Below are positions 25,481 to 34,387 of a DNA stretch of 34,394 nt, piece after piece. Each line of letters opens with the position of its first letter. Positions within the stretch are counted from its first letter, which is position 1. This DNA is from a virus. Lineage: Duplodnaviria > Caudoviricetes. The notes beneath the pieces are model-generated. The model had not been told where the DNA came from. It did no database searches and saw only the letters and a program-made list of their open reading frames with translations. Made by a program: the position numbers and the translations under genes. The stretch covers positions 1 through 34,394 of the IMG/VR virus record IMGVR_UViG_3300024232_000046. The stretch is one strand, 5' to 3'.

Positions 25481-25771
25481 TTACAGGCCAGGACGGCGCG
25501 CCCCAGGAGGCCGCGAGCGGCCGGCCGGGGACACCCCAGGCGGATGATCTGATCCGACGGAGGCGCCATCCGCGCCGGCGTCGATCAAAAGACCGTCAAT
25601 CACTTCGAGCGCCGCCCGCGCAAATAGCGCGATCGCGGTCCGCTCTTGTTGGATCTCGAGTGGCGAAAGTTTCTGATCGCGCATCTTATGCGCGTATGCC
25701 TCGAGCGCGTTGATCATTCCGCGGCCGTGCCGCGAGAGATGCGTCAACAGGCCGACGGTTTCAGGCCTCAC
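25481..25771 (-). CDS. Hypothetical protein (~96 aa)
   Basis: GTGA-coupled start, helical. Confidence 0.55.
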   Translation of the reverse strand: MRPETVGLLTHLSRHGRGMINALEAYAHKMRDQKLSPLEIQQERTAIALFARAALEVIDGLLIDAGADGASVGSDHPPGVSPAGRSRPPGARRPGL

Positions 25772-25989
25772 GGCAACGGCCCGTCGAACGTCTGATCGCA
25801 GACGTCGCACATCCAGCGCGGCCCGACGTCGCCGCCCGTGGTGACGTCATGCCGATGATCCTCCGGATGGAGACAGGCCCCATTCGACGCCGCGGCCGCC
25901 GTGGTCGGACCGGCCTCGAGCAGACCGATCGCGAGCTCCACTTGCGCGCGAACGATATATAGCTGTTGCAGCGCGGCGTCCGTGTTCAT
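25768..25989 (-). CDS. Hypothetical protein with CxH...CxxC (73 aa)
   Basis: TAATG overlap with the tail terminator stop. Confidence 0.65.
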   Translation of the reverse strand: MNTDAALQQLYIVRAQVELAIGLLEAGPTTAAAASNGACLHPEDHRHDVTTGGDVGPRWMCDVCDQTFDGPLP

Positions 25990-26465
25990 TATGTGGACCC
26001 GTTCACGCCGGAAAGGTGCGCCCGGAAGATGATCGGGAGCGACCGGACCGCGAGGCCGCGCACCGATTCTACGAGGACATCTGGGAGGATCTCAAAGGCG
26101 ATCTCGACTGTGCCAAATCCGGACACCGGGAGATCGGCATCATCCAGGCGATCCTTGATCAGCGTCCCGAGCGCATAACACTCGTCCTCATTTGGTTGAC
26201 TGGACACGGGTTTCACGTGGAATGTGCACTCTGATCCCCCGCCAAACTCCCCGAACGTGAGCAGCGGGATCTCTGTCGGCGCGCCGACCGTGACATAGGG
26301 AAACGCCGCTTTTGGCGGAACCGCCGTTTCACCGTAGACCGCCGGACCGGATCCAAACCCGGACGGGACGTCCGCGAGGAGGGACGTCAGCGCGGTATCC
26401 GCTTTCAGACTCGCCACGACGGCCGCGAGGAGCGCCGGGACCGCGAACGGTGACGGTGACGGCAT
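25989..26465 (-). CDS. Tail terminator / DUF3168-like protein (158 aa)
   Basis: LKADTALTSLL...AVYG...AAFPYVTVG. Follows the head closure gene. Confidence 0.82.
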   Translation of the reverse strand: MPSPSPFAVPALLAAVVASLKADTALTSLLADVPSGFGSGPAVYGETAVPPKAAFPYVTVGAPTEIPLLTFGEFGGGSECTFHVKPVSSQPNEDECYALGTLIKDRLDDADLPVSGFGTVEIAFEILPDVLVESVRGLAVRSLPIIFRAHLSGVNGST

Positions 26466-26467
26466 CG

Positions 26468-26800
26468 CTATTGCGCCTCCACACAAGTGAGCTCGAGCGT
26501 CGCATGTCGATTGTCCACGTCGACCACGGAGGCGATCTGCAGCGTCCGGCCCTCGAGGACGACGGTCATATAGGACTCGATCCCCGGCCGATACCGGATG
26601 CGGACAACGCTCGCGATCCCCGACTGGATGGCGCCGACTTGCAGCGCCTCGCCGAGCGGCCCGGACGTGATCTCCGCCGGGATGCGCGACGCGACCGTGA
26701 CCGGCCCACTCGGGACCGTCCCGCCCGTCCCGGATTGCGTCCCGGCCGGCGCGACGATGTCCACGCGCGATCGGAGCGCCCCGGCTTTTACGTATGGCAT
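26468..26800 (-). CDS. Head closure / head-tail adaptor (SPP1 gp16-like, 110 aa)
   Basis: AGALRSRVDI...VRIRYRPGI...MTVVLEGRTLQIASVVDVDNRH..LELTC. Confidence 0.9.
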   Translation of the reverse strand: MPYVKAGALRSRVDIVAPAGTQSGTGGTVPSGPVTVASRIPAEITSGPLGEALQVGAIQSGIASVVRIRYRPGIESYMTVVLEGRTLQIASVVDVDNRHATLELTCVEAQ

Positions 26801-27456
26801 CGGGATCCCCACGGCGCCTCGAGCGCCGGGACCTGCCAGGGTTTCGGCCGACCGTGGAAACAGACCACGCGCGCCCCCGGCGGGATCTGGCCGTTCAGGC
26901 AGTGGACCTTGTACGAGACGAGCGCCGCAGGGCAGACGTCCTGCCAAAACGTGAGCTCCGACCACGTCCCGCCGACAGTAAGCGCCGTTTCGATGTAGCG
27001 TTGATCGCCCCCGTACCCGCACGCGCGCATGTACGTCTGCGGATCCGACGTGAATTCGTGATACCACGACGCGACCAGCGGATCGCCGGCCGTCCAGCCC
27101 ATCACACCGGACCCCAGGCCGCGCGCATACTCCGGCGGACGGCGATAAAAGTCCTCGAGCGCGAGGAACCGCTCCCGGCGCGCCAGCAGCGGCGCGAGCG
27201 ATCCCACGACCACCGAATCGAGATCGAGATACAACAGCCGGAGGCCGTCCGGAAACAGCCCCGGCCGGAACAGCTCGATCTTCGACCACCAGCCCGGCCA
27301 GTCATGCGCGAGCTTATGTGTCAGGACCCCAGGGATCACGGTATCCGTCAGACAGCCGAAGGCCTCACCCGGCGCCCATAGCGCGATCTGCGCCCGGAGC
27401 TCCCGGACGTGGTCCGGCCGATACATCCCGCCCGATCGGAGGACCGCGACGATCAC
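26788..27456 (-). CDS. GT-A glycosyltransferase, GT8-like (222 aa)
   Basis: VLRSGG.Y, CLTD, WPGWWSKIELF, LYLDLD (DxD), GDQ and VVCFHGRPKPW. GTGA-coupled. Confidence 0.85.
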   Translation of the reverse strand: MIVAVLRSGGMYRPDHVRELRAQIALWAPGEAFGCLTDTVIPGVLTHKLAHDWPGWWSKIELFRPGLFPDGLRLLYLDLDSVVVGSLAPLLARRERFLALEDFYRRPPEYARGLGSGVMGWTAGDPLVASWYHEFTSDPQTYMRACGYGGDQRYIETALTVGGTWSELTFWQDVCPAALVSYKVHCLNGQIPPGARVVCFHGRPKPWQVPALEAPWGSRCHT

Positions 27457-28190
27457 AACGCGCCCCCGATCCGTTCGTGGTCCCACTTCCCGCCGCGGCG
27501 CCGCCGTTCCGCTTGCATCGCGAGGAATTCCGCCCGATGGCCCTTGCCGTACCAGTTTTCCCGCGGCCCCAGGTGCGCGACTCGGAACGGGACCCCGCGG
27601 ATCGGCCGTTTCGCCGTGCGCCATCGGTCCATCAGCCGATTGTCGTAATTGCCCGCATGGATCCAGCAGGTATCGATCAGCGGTTCCACGCCGACCACCA
27701 CGGGATCCCATTGATGGAAGAGTTGAAAATACCCGACGCCGAGAACATCCCCCGGCACGTGCGGCTGTCCGCGATCCTCCAGTGTCTGCGGCGTAGCGTC
27801 GAACCGATGGCACCCGTAGAGCGTTCCGACCGCGAGGCCGCCCTCGAGGCGCGCGGCCCAATCGGACGGCGGGACCACGTCCGCATCGAACAGGAGGATC
27901 CAGCCGGGATTGCCATTCGTCCGCGCGCAGAGATCCGCGCGAGCCTCCTCGAGCGCCCGGCCTTTGTTGAACGCGGCGCCGTCGAGGTAAAAACTATTCG
28001 TCACTACAAGTGTGGAGCGATCCAGCGGCAGGCCGTCCGGCCCGCCTTTCAGGATCAGATCGATCGTGTCCCGATCGCGATGCACGGTGATCACCGTGAG
28101 CGACGCGAGGCCCGGGAGCCAGCGCGGCAGGCCGATCGCGAGCTCCGCCGCATAGTCGACACAGACGGTGATCCCGTGGATCGTATTCAC
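27453..28190 (-). CDS. GT-A glycosyltransferase, GT2-like (245 aa)
   Basis: ITVCVDY, FNKGRAL, WILLFDAD (DxD), GYFQLF and HLG. GTGA-coupled. Confidence 0.8.
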   Translation of the reverse strand: MNTIHGITVCVDYAAELAIGLPRWLPGLASLTVITVHRDRDTIDLILKGGPDGLPLDRSTLVVTNSFYLDGAAFNKGRALEEARADLCARTNGNPGWILLFDADVVPPSDWAARLEGGLAVGTLYGCHRFDATPQTLEDRGQPHVPGDVLGVGYFQLFHQWDPVVVGVEPLIDTCWIHAGNYDNRLMDRWRTAKRPIRGVPFRVAHLGPRENWYGKGHRAEFLAMQAERRRRGGKWDHERIGGAL

Positions 28191-28735
28191 GCCGGTTTCT
28201 CCATCCACCAGGATCGGTATTCGTTCAGATCCGCCGTGACATGGACCTCGAGGCCGTGCAGCTCCGCGAATTCATTCACGGCCCGAATGACGCCGGCGTG
28301 TTCCGCCATGTAATCGTGACCCGCAAAAATCCCGCCTGTGGCGAGCGTCGGCCACCAGGCGTCGAGATCGTCCCGGACCGCAGACCAGGTATGCGCGCCG
28401 TCGATATAGATAAACCCCGGCCGATAGTACCCGCCGATCGGCCGCGCGAGCGCCAGTGAATCGCCGCGGATCAGTTTCACACGGCCCCGGAACGGCGCGA
28501 GGAGGACCGCCGCCATCATCAGATCGGGCGTTCTGTCGTACGGCATATCCGCATACGGCGCCCAATGATCGACACAGATCAGGATCTCGCCTTTCCAGAC
28601 CGTGAGGAATTGCTCTGCGAAGATGCCGCGATCGGTCCCGACTTCGATCGCCCGCACGATCCCCCGCGCGTTGCAGAGCTCCGCGAACTGCAGCCGATTC
28701 TCGAGCGGATAGGGCGGCGCCTCGATTAAGTCCAT
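28187..28735 (-). CDS. Class I SAM-dependent methyltransferase, Methyltransf_24-like (182 aa)
   Basis: IEVGT..G, CVDHW, FIYIDGAH and GGIFAGHDY. Confidence 0.9.
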   Translation of the reverse strand: MDLIEAPPYPLENRLQFAELCNARGIVRAIEVGTDRGIFAEQFLTVWKGEILICVDHWAPYADMPYDRTPDLMMAAVLLAPFRGRVKLIRGDSLALARPIGGYYRPGFIYIDGAHTWSAVRDDLDAWWPTLATGGIFAGHDYMAEHAGVIRAVNEFAELHGLEVHVTADLNEYRSWWMEKPA

Positions 28736-29694
28736 ACGGGGACCGCTCCCGCCGGCCGCGACGCGAGATAGAGCGACAGCGCGAGGCGCCGGCCGATCGC
28801 GCGATAGTCGTAGAACGATCGCGCTTTTGCCGCCCAGGCCGTCGCGGTGATCGGATCCCAGGCCTCGACCGCTGCGCGAATCACGGCCGCGAAGTCCGGC
28901 GGATTAATCGTGGAGGGAACCCGGATCAGCGCCGCGTCGATCTCCGGCAGGACATCGTACGCAGGCAGATCGGTAATCACGGTGCAGCCCACGGCGACCG
29001 CTTCAATGATCTTCCGGAGCGCAAACCCGTACATGGACGCCGTCGCGACCGAGACGCGGTACCGCGCCAGTTCCCGACAATACGCCGGCGTCACGGCGCC
29101 GCGATTCCCGTATCCCGGATGCCGGAGCACGTCCAGACCGAGCGCGACTCGGTCCCGGACGGCCCGCTGCCGCAGCGGATAGGCCATCGACAGCGCGCCC
29201 GAGACGACGGCCGGCCGGCGAGTTGCGCCCATCGGGATCCCCGCGAGATCGTCCGCGTCGACCGAGTGGTAGGTGCGAATCAGCGGCACCGTCTGCAGCC
29301 ACGGGGCATTTTTCCGGATCGAGATGGCATGATAGTACGTGATCGCGGCGTGCGCGCCGACCTCCCGATAGACGTGTTCCTGATAGGCGAGCGATGAGGC
29401 CGCGTCCTTCACCACGACGGCCTTAAACGCCTCCGTATCACGCAGCGCCGCGACCCGCTGAAACCCGAGATCCTTCCGGAACGCGATCGGGGACGCCGGA
29501 TCCCAGTCCCGCGGATCATGCACGACGATCCGCGTCGGCCGGTACCGCGCCAGGATCGTTGGCACATCTAACAGATCATCGAACCCGCGCCCGCAGAGGA
29601 CCCATCCCGCCAGGTGCAAACCGGACTGGAATTGGTCGCCCTCCGTCGTCATATGCCGTCTATAGTCGACGTTCCCGAGGAGGATCTCCGTCAC
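28726..29694 (-). CDS. GT-B-like glycosyltransferase (CgeB/GT4-like C-terminus, 322 aa)
   Basis: YPLRQR, HPGY, Y..ELARYRV and KIIEAVAVGCTVITD. GTGA-coupled. Confidence 0.75.
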   Translation of the reverse strand: MTEILLGNVDYRRHMTTEGDQFQSGLHLAGWVLCGRGFDDLLDVPTILARYRPTRIVVHDPRDWDPASPIAFRKDLGFQRVAALRDTEAFKAVVVKDAASSLAYQEHVYREVGAHAAITYYHAISIRKNAPWLQTVPLIRTYHSVDADDLAGIPMGATRRPAVVSGALSMAYPLRQRAVRDRVALGLDVLRHPGYGNRGAVTPAYCRELARYRVSVATASMYGFALRKIIEAVAVGCTVITDLPAYDVLPEIDAALIRVPSTINPPDFAAVIRAAVEAWDPITATAWAAKARSFYDYRAIGRRLALSLYLASRPAGAVPVWT

Positions 29695-30593
29695 GGTTTC
29701 AGACTCCGGAGGCCTTGATAGTCCGTCGGCCGCGCGGTTTCGGGCGCCTCGAGATCGGTATGCGGGACCGCGGCGATCTTGCGAGACTTGAGACGCCCCG
29801 CGATGAGGGGAATGAACGTTTCTGAATAGTCGTACGTCGCCTCCGTGTCGAGATGCCCTAGGCGTCGCAGCGGGACCCCGCATCCCGCGTCACAACACTT
29901 GGCGACCTGATCCCCGAACCCCTCCATTCGATTCTTCCACCAGCCCGGGACGGCCGGGATCCCGTGATTCTCGCCACGGATCCCATCGAGCGCGCCGGCG
30001 ACTTCACAGAAGTACGCGAACGGCGCGCCGTCCCGTTCAAAGACCGCCGCGGACCATGTTCGGTTAATATCGCACCCCTCACGCGCCGTGACCCATTGAT
30101 CCGGCGTCAGGCCGACGTCTCGCCAGTGGAGGAGGATCGGCGCGTGCCAGGAGGCCCGGTTGCGCGAACTCGGGATCACCTTCCCCGGCAGATAGCGATC
30201 CATCACCGCGGCCGCGGCCGGATTCGCGTGCGCGTTGAGATTGAATCGTCCATGCGGGAAAAACGTGTCACGGATGAGCGCCCCGTGTCCGCGCAGATCG
30301 TTCGTCCAGATCCCCCGGTGACGTTGATCGGGGACTTCCTCCCGGAGGATCGCCATCAGCGCAGGGAATTCCGGGTGCATACAGGGATTCCCGCCGAACA
30401 CACCGCGGATCCCCGGCCAGCCGGCGAGCGATCGAAGCGCAAGGCGAAACACGTCCGGCGCCATGTGGACCGGATCGCGTCGGAAAGGCAACAACTGCGT
30501 ACAGTTGGAGCACCAAAAGAGATCGCAGGATCGCGAGATCACGATCTGGATCGTGTCGTTGGTTTTCTCCGTGGGCGCCTTCACGGCCGACAC
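29691..30593 (-). CDS. Radical SAM enzyme with a CX4CX2C motif and C-terminal Cys cluster (300 aa)
   Basis: IQIVISRSCDLFWCSNC, FGGNPCMHP, IWTN, YFCEVA and CCDAGCG. Confidence 0.85.
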   Translation of the reverse strand: MSAVKAPTEKTNDTIQIVISRSCDLFWCSNCTQLLPFRRDPVHMAPDVFRLALRSLAGWPGIRGVFGGNPCMHPEFPALMAILREEVPDQRHRGIWTNDLRGHGALIRDTFFPHGRFNLNAHANPAAAAVMDRYLPGKVIPSSRNRASWHAPILLHWRDVGLTPDQWVTAREGCDINRTWSAAVFERDGAPFAYFCEVAGALDGIRGENHGIPAVPGWWKNRMEGFGDQVAKCCDAGCGVPLRRLGHLDTEATYDYSETFIPLIAGRLKSRKIAAVPHTDLEAPETARPTDYQGLRSLKP

Positions 30594-31246
30594 TCTAGCA
30601 GAGCGCTTCGCTGATTGTCTAGGCGACCGTCGAGGACCTCCTCAAGCGCCGCGCGAGGGAACCAGTTGATCGCGGTCTGCCGCGAGCAGTTGACGACGTC
30701 GACGCCGGCCGCTTGGAGTGGTTCAACCAGCGTCGAAAACGCGGCGCGCCAGGATCGAAAAATAAGCTCCGTTGGCCCGGCGCCATGCGGATGATCCCCG
30801 TGCCAATGCGTGCGGCCGTCCGGTCCGGCCTGCAGATCGTAGCCGAGGAGGATGATCCGCCGCGCGCCGAGGAGGACTGCGACATTGATCGCCGCGTATC
30901 CGCTGTTCCGGCCGTTACAGATCCGTTCCGGATCGAGCGACAGACCCCAAATCCCGGCGTTTTTGAGCAGGATACACCCGGCCGCTTGTGAGGCTTTCGT
31001 GCGCTCGAGTGAGAATTTCAGGCCCGGGAACTGCGCCAGGCGATCCGCTTCCCAGTCCCACATGCGCCCGTCTGAGGCATAGAAGGCATCCGCCCACGGC
31101 GCGAGGATCACCGACTTGTTGACGGCGACCACGCGCGCCCGGCCGCGGCAGTACTCGACATCGGCCGCCGTCAGACTGGGACCCGCCGCGATACAGACCA
31201 CGGTTGATCCCGGCCAGGCCTTCGGGACCACGCCGAACGGATTCAC
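30581..31246 (-). CDS. Maf/DUF115 (MptE-like, sialyltransferase-like fold) protein (221 aa)
   Basis: CIAAGPSL, VAVN, NSGYAAINVA..LGARRIILLGYD, HWHG and VVNCS. Confidence 0.82.
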   Translation of the reverse strand: MNPFGVVPKAWPGSTVVCIAAGPSLTAADVEYCRGRARVVAVNKSVILAPWADAFYASDGRMWDWEADRLAQFPGLKFSLERTKASQAAGCILLKNAGIWGLSLDPERICNGRNSGYAAINVAVLLGARRIILLGYDLQAGPDGRTHWHGDHPHGAGPTELIFRSWRAAFSTLVEPLQAAGVDVVNCSRQTAINWFPRAALEEVLDGRLDNQRSALLECRP

Positions 31247-31584
31247 GCGATCACCGCCTCGATCCAGCGTCCGAGATAGCGCCGGACCTCCGGCGAGAGA
31301 TCCGCCGGGACCGGGAGCGTCGGCGCGACCGTCCGCACTTCGTAGAGCTCGGCGAGTTGCGCCATCACGGCCGCGCGGATCCCTTCCGGGACCGTGTCCG
31401 CGTCCCAGTTTGCGATCACGCCGAGCACGAGACTGTCTGTGGTCGCGAGCTCGAGGTAATTGATCACGATCGATTGCGCCATTTGCGCGTACAGCGCGAT
31501 CAGATCGTCTTCGTCGGCAAACGTGACCCGGAGGACAGCTTTCGCCTCCGCGAGCGTCAAAAAGACGTCACCACTTCCCGCCAT
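31243..31584 (-). CDS. Head-tail connector (HK97 gp6-like, 113 aa)
   Basis: [12 protein letters not shown]...EDDLI...VPEGIRAAV...LYEVR. Confidence 0.9.
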   Translation of the reverse strand: MAGSGDVFLTLAEAKAVLRVTFADEDDLIALYAQMAQSIVINYLELATTDSLVLGVIANWDADTVPEGIRAAVMAQLAELYEVRTVAPTLPVPADLSPEVRRYLGRWIEAVIA

Positions 31585-32356
31585 CAGGCCCCACTTGATA
31601 CCGATCGACGCCCGGCCGGCCGTCGGCGCCCGGTCGCCCGTCGTTGCCCTTCGTCCCATCACGGCCCCGCGCCGCGAGGAGCGCCCATTTCGTGCCGCCG
31701 TCCTCCGGAGGACTCGAGACGGCCTCGAGCGCGACCCAGGAGGATCCCTTGTACACAATCACGTCGCCGGCGTCATACGCCCGGCCGGCCTGATAGGCCT
31801 TGCGAAAGATGAGCGCCGGCGCCGCGAGCTCCCCGCCTTCGATCGGCGTCCCGTCCGCAAACACCCATCGGGATCGGCGTTCGTCCAGGCGTTCGATCCG
31901 GCACCCCTTCACCGTCCCGTCGCGCCCGGCCGGCCCGATCGCCCCGTCCCGGCCGTCCCGTCCCGGAGGCCCCGGCGGCCCGTCAGAACCACGCGCGCCC
32001 GGAACCCCGTCAGACCCCTTCGCGCCGTCCGATCCGGGCGCACCGGGACCGCCAGTCGGCCCCGGAGGCCCCGGGGGACCGACCTTCCCGGCCTCGCCGG
32101 CCGGGCCGACGTGACCCATCAGGCCGGCCTCGCCTCGCGGTCCCGGCGGTCCCGGCGGTCCCGGCGGTCCGACCTTCCCGACCTCGCCCGGCGGTCCCGG
32201 CGGTCCGGCCGGTCCGGCGATCGCCGCTTTCCTTCGGAGCTCCGCGGCCTCGCCCTCGAGCGCCTTGATCCGCGCGACCAGCGGCGCGGTCGCCGTTTCG
32301 ATCGCCTCCCGAAACACCCCGGCAAATGCGTCGATCTCGTCAGACGTCAGCGGCAT
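31568..32356 (-). CDS. Collagen-like head-associated protein (262 aa)
   Basis: N-terminal coiled coil, about 34 uninterrupted Gly-X-Y triplets, and a C-terminal [12 protein letters not shown]...[11 protein letters not shown] domain. Confidence 0.85.
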   Translation of the reverse strand: MPLTSDEIDAFAGVFREAIETATAPLVARIKALEGEAAELRRKAAIAGPAGPPGPPGEVGKVGPPGPPGPPGPRGEAGLMGHVGPAGEAGKVGPPGPPGPTGGPGAPGSDGAKGSDGVPGARGSDGPPGPPGRDGRDGAIGPAGRDGTVKGCRIERLDERRSRWVFADGTPIEGGELAAPALIFRKAYQAGRAYDAGDVIVYKGSSWVALEAVSSPPEDGGTKWALLAARGRDGTKGNDGRPGADGRPGVDRYQVGPDGGKW

Positions 32357-33743
32357 AGCGAATCGCTTTCACTTCCGACAGGAACCGGGATCGGAGATAC
32401 CCGACGTCGAGCGCTTTGGCGGCCGGGACCGGCGAGGCCTCCGGCGCCGCGGCCGGGATCGCCGGCGACGTTGAGGCCGGCGCCGGCATTTGATCGCGCC
32501 TGTTGAGCGCCTCGATCGAATAATCCTGCTGTTGCCGATAGACCGTATCCCCACCCGACACCGGCGGCAGGTTCAGCCGGCGCCGCGATTCGTTGACGGT
32601 TTTGATCCCGGTCGCCTCTTTTTCCGAATCGATCAGGGTTTTCGTGTCCATCCGGAGGAGCGCGTCGAGATCGAACTCGATCCCATACGGCCGCGGGAGC
32701 TCGAGGCCCTCCGTCAGCAGGGTTTCGGCTTTTTCGAGTTTTTCCTGCAAACAATTCGAGTAGTACTGCGTATCGAGCGCCTGAATATTGTTGTAATTCG
32801 GCATTCCGCCCACGCTGATCTTGTGCGGGGGGACCCGGAACGCTTGACAGACCATTTCGGCGGAGAATTTCAACTGCTCGAGGAGTTGCGCATCGTGCGC
32901 CGGGATCTGGATCGCCTGATAGGTGAGGCCGTCCCCCAGGACAGCGACCGCGCCGACGTCGAGGCCTTCCCATTTCGCCTTCGCACGGTCCGCCGTCGGT
33001 TGCGAGATCGGCCCCGGTGCCGTGAGGATCCCGGCCGGTTGCGAGGCGTTCTGGAAAAACTCGGTAGAGTTTGACTGAATCGTGAGGCCTTGAATCGCCG
33101 CCCGGCCACAGGCATAGATCGGCCCGACGCCGATCAGGGGATGCCAGATCGCGAGATAGATATCGTGGATGATCTCGCGCGCCGGGACGATGATCGCGGA
33201 CTCAATCGCGGCCGTCGGATCCGGCATGAGCGCATAAAAGACGGACGTATCGGGCGCCTGCAGGACCCGCACGCGCGAGGGATCGAGCACGTACAGCCCA
33301 TTGACCACACCCCGCGCGTCACGCCGTTTCAGGATATAGGCATTCCCCGTGAGGAGTTTACTCGTCTGCCAGTACTCAAAGAGCTGTTGTCGGATCTGAA
33401 ACCCGTTCGGCTTCCGGAGGACGGGACTATAGGCGGAATTCTCGACCTCTGTGGTGATCCCGTCGGCGTCCGCGATCGTCAGCATCGGCCGGGACTTCCC
33501 GAAGTCCGACGCGATCAGCGATACGCACGCAAAGACCGCGACGTGCGCCGTGACGTTTTCGACTGTGCATTCTTGGTTCTGTTGCCAGGCGCAGGCGAAT
33601 GGTTCCCGTATCACCGGAACCCACGCGCGGCCGCTCCCGCTCACTGGACGCGCGCCGTCGCCGATCGCCTTGATCCGCTCGAGCCCGAGTGTCGACTCGG
33701 CGCCATACGGTTGATGCCGGAGCTGCAGTCCGAATACGTCCAT
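32340..33743 (-). CDS. HK97-family portal protein (467 aa)
   Basis: [43 protein letters not shown] and TVNESR...NLPPV.GGD. Confidence 0.96.
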   Translation of the reverse strand: MDVFGLQLRHQPYGAESTLGLERIKAIGDGARPVSGSGRAWVPVIREPFACAWQQNQECTVENVTAHVAVFACVSLIASDFGKSRPMLTIADADGITTEVENSAYSPVLRKPNGFQIRQQLFEYWQTSKLLTGNAYILKRRDARGVVNGLYVLDPSRVRVLQAPDTSVFYALMPDPTAAIESAIIVPAREIIHDIYLAIWHPLIGVGPIYACGRAAIQGLTIQSNSTEFFQNASQPAGILTAPGPISQPTADRAKAKWEGLDVGAVAVLGDGLTYQAIQIPAHDAQLLEQLKFSAEMVCQAFRVPPHKISVGGMPNYNNIQALDTQYYSNCLQEKLEKAETLLTEGLELPRPYGIEFDLDALLRMDTKTLIDSEKEATGIKTVNESRRRLNLPPVSGGDTVYRQQQDYSIEALNRRDQMPAPASTSPAIPAAAPEASPVPAAKALDVGYLRSRFLSEVKAIRYAADV

Positions 33744-33961
33744 CAGGCCGCCGGTTTGCGGGATCGCCGTTTCGGCGGATCCGGTTGCGTGGGTTGCTCG
33801 AGTGGCGGCGCCGGCCGCCGGGACAGGCTCACGATCCCGCGCGTTGCTAACTTCAACGCCTCGAGGACCGGGACCGCGAACCGTTCGCCTTGTGCGATGC
33901 GCCGCGCGCCGGCGTCATACGGCCGGCGCGCGATCACATAAACGTCCGTGGATTTGCCCAC
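33743..33961 (-). CDS. Small head-module protein (72 aa)
   Basis: Lies between the capsid and portal genes, with a TGATG overlap to portal. Confidence 0.65.
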   Translation of the reverse strand: MGKSTDVYVIARRPYDAGARRIAQGERFAVPVLEALKLATRGIVSLSRRPAPPLEQPTQPDPPKRRSRKPAA

Positions 33962-33982
33962 TAGTGAGCGCCCCCGGCGCCC

Positions 33983-34261
33983 TTAGCTCGGACTGGCGAC
34001 GCCGCCCCAGTTGACGGACTGGATCACCGCGACTACACCGGACCGCCGCAGCCCCCACGAAATGAACCGCTCGGCTCGGAACGCGACCAGGTTATCCTGC
34101 CAGAGGCTCACCAGCGATACGCCTGTCGTTCCGCTTTGCGTCGGCGCGTCGTTCATTTCGAGCGACGCCTCGCGCGACATGTCGACCGTGACCTCGCCGT
34201 CGTCCGCGAGATTGATCTCCGGTGCCACGACGGCCACAACCAGGTTCCCGTACCCCGCGAG
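33983..34261 (-). CDS. Protease/major capsid fusion, 3' part
   Basis: ADDGEVTVDMSREASLEM...SLWQDNLVAFRAERFISW is an HK97-fold C-terminus. Confidence 0.92.
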   Translation of the reverse strand, partial: LAGYGNLVVAVVAPEINLADDGEVTVDMSREASLEMNDAPTQSGTTGVSLVSLWQDNLVAFRAERFISWGLRRSGVVAVIQSVNWGGVASPS

Positions 34262-34387
34262 CGCGAGATAGTTGCTGACGATCACCGGGATCCCTTGCAA
34301 GGTGCCGCCATTGATCCCGATCGTCGGGAACTCGACCGCGCCGACCGACGTCCGCATGAGCGAGGCCGCCAGCGCGACGCCCGGCGG
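34262..34387. repeat. Terminal direct repeat, copy 2
   Basis: Identical to 1-126. Confidence 0.95.

Noticed and set aside
28187-28735. Methyltransferase as a DNA methylase explaining the GATC excess
   Set aside because: It lacks DPPY/NPPY or PC motifs and matches small-molecule or glycan O-methyltransferases.
34262-34387. Terminal repeat as biological DTR or att site
   Set aside because: It falls in the middle of the capsid gene and its length resembles an assembler k-mer overlap. The HNH/terS layout points to cos ends elsewhere.
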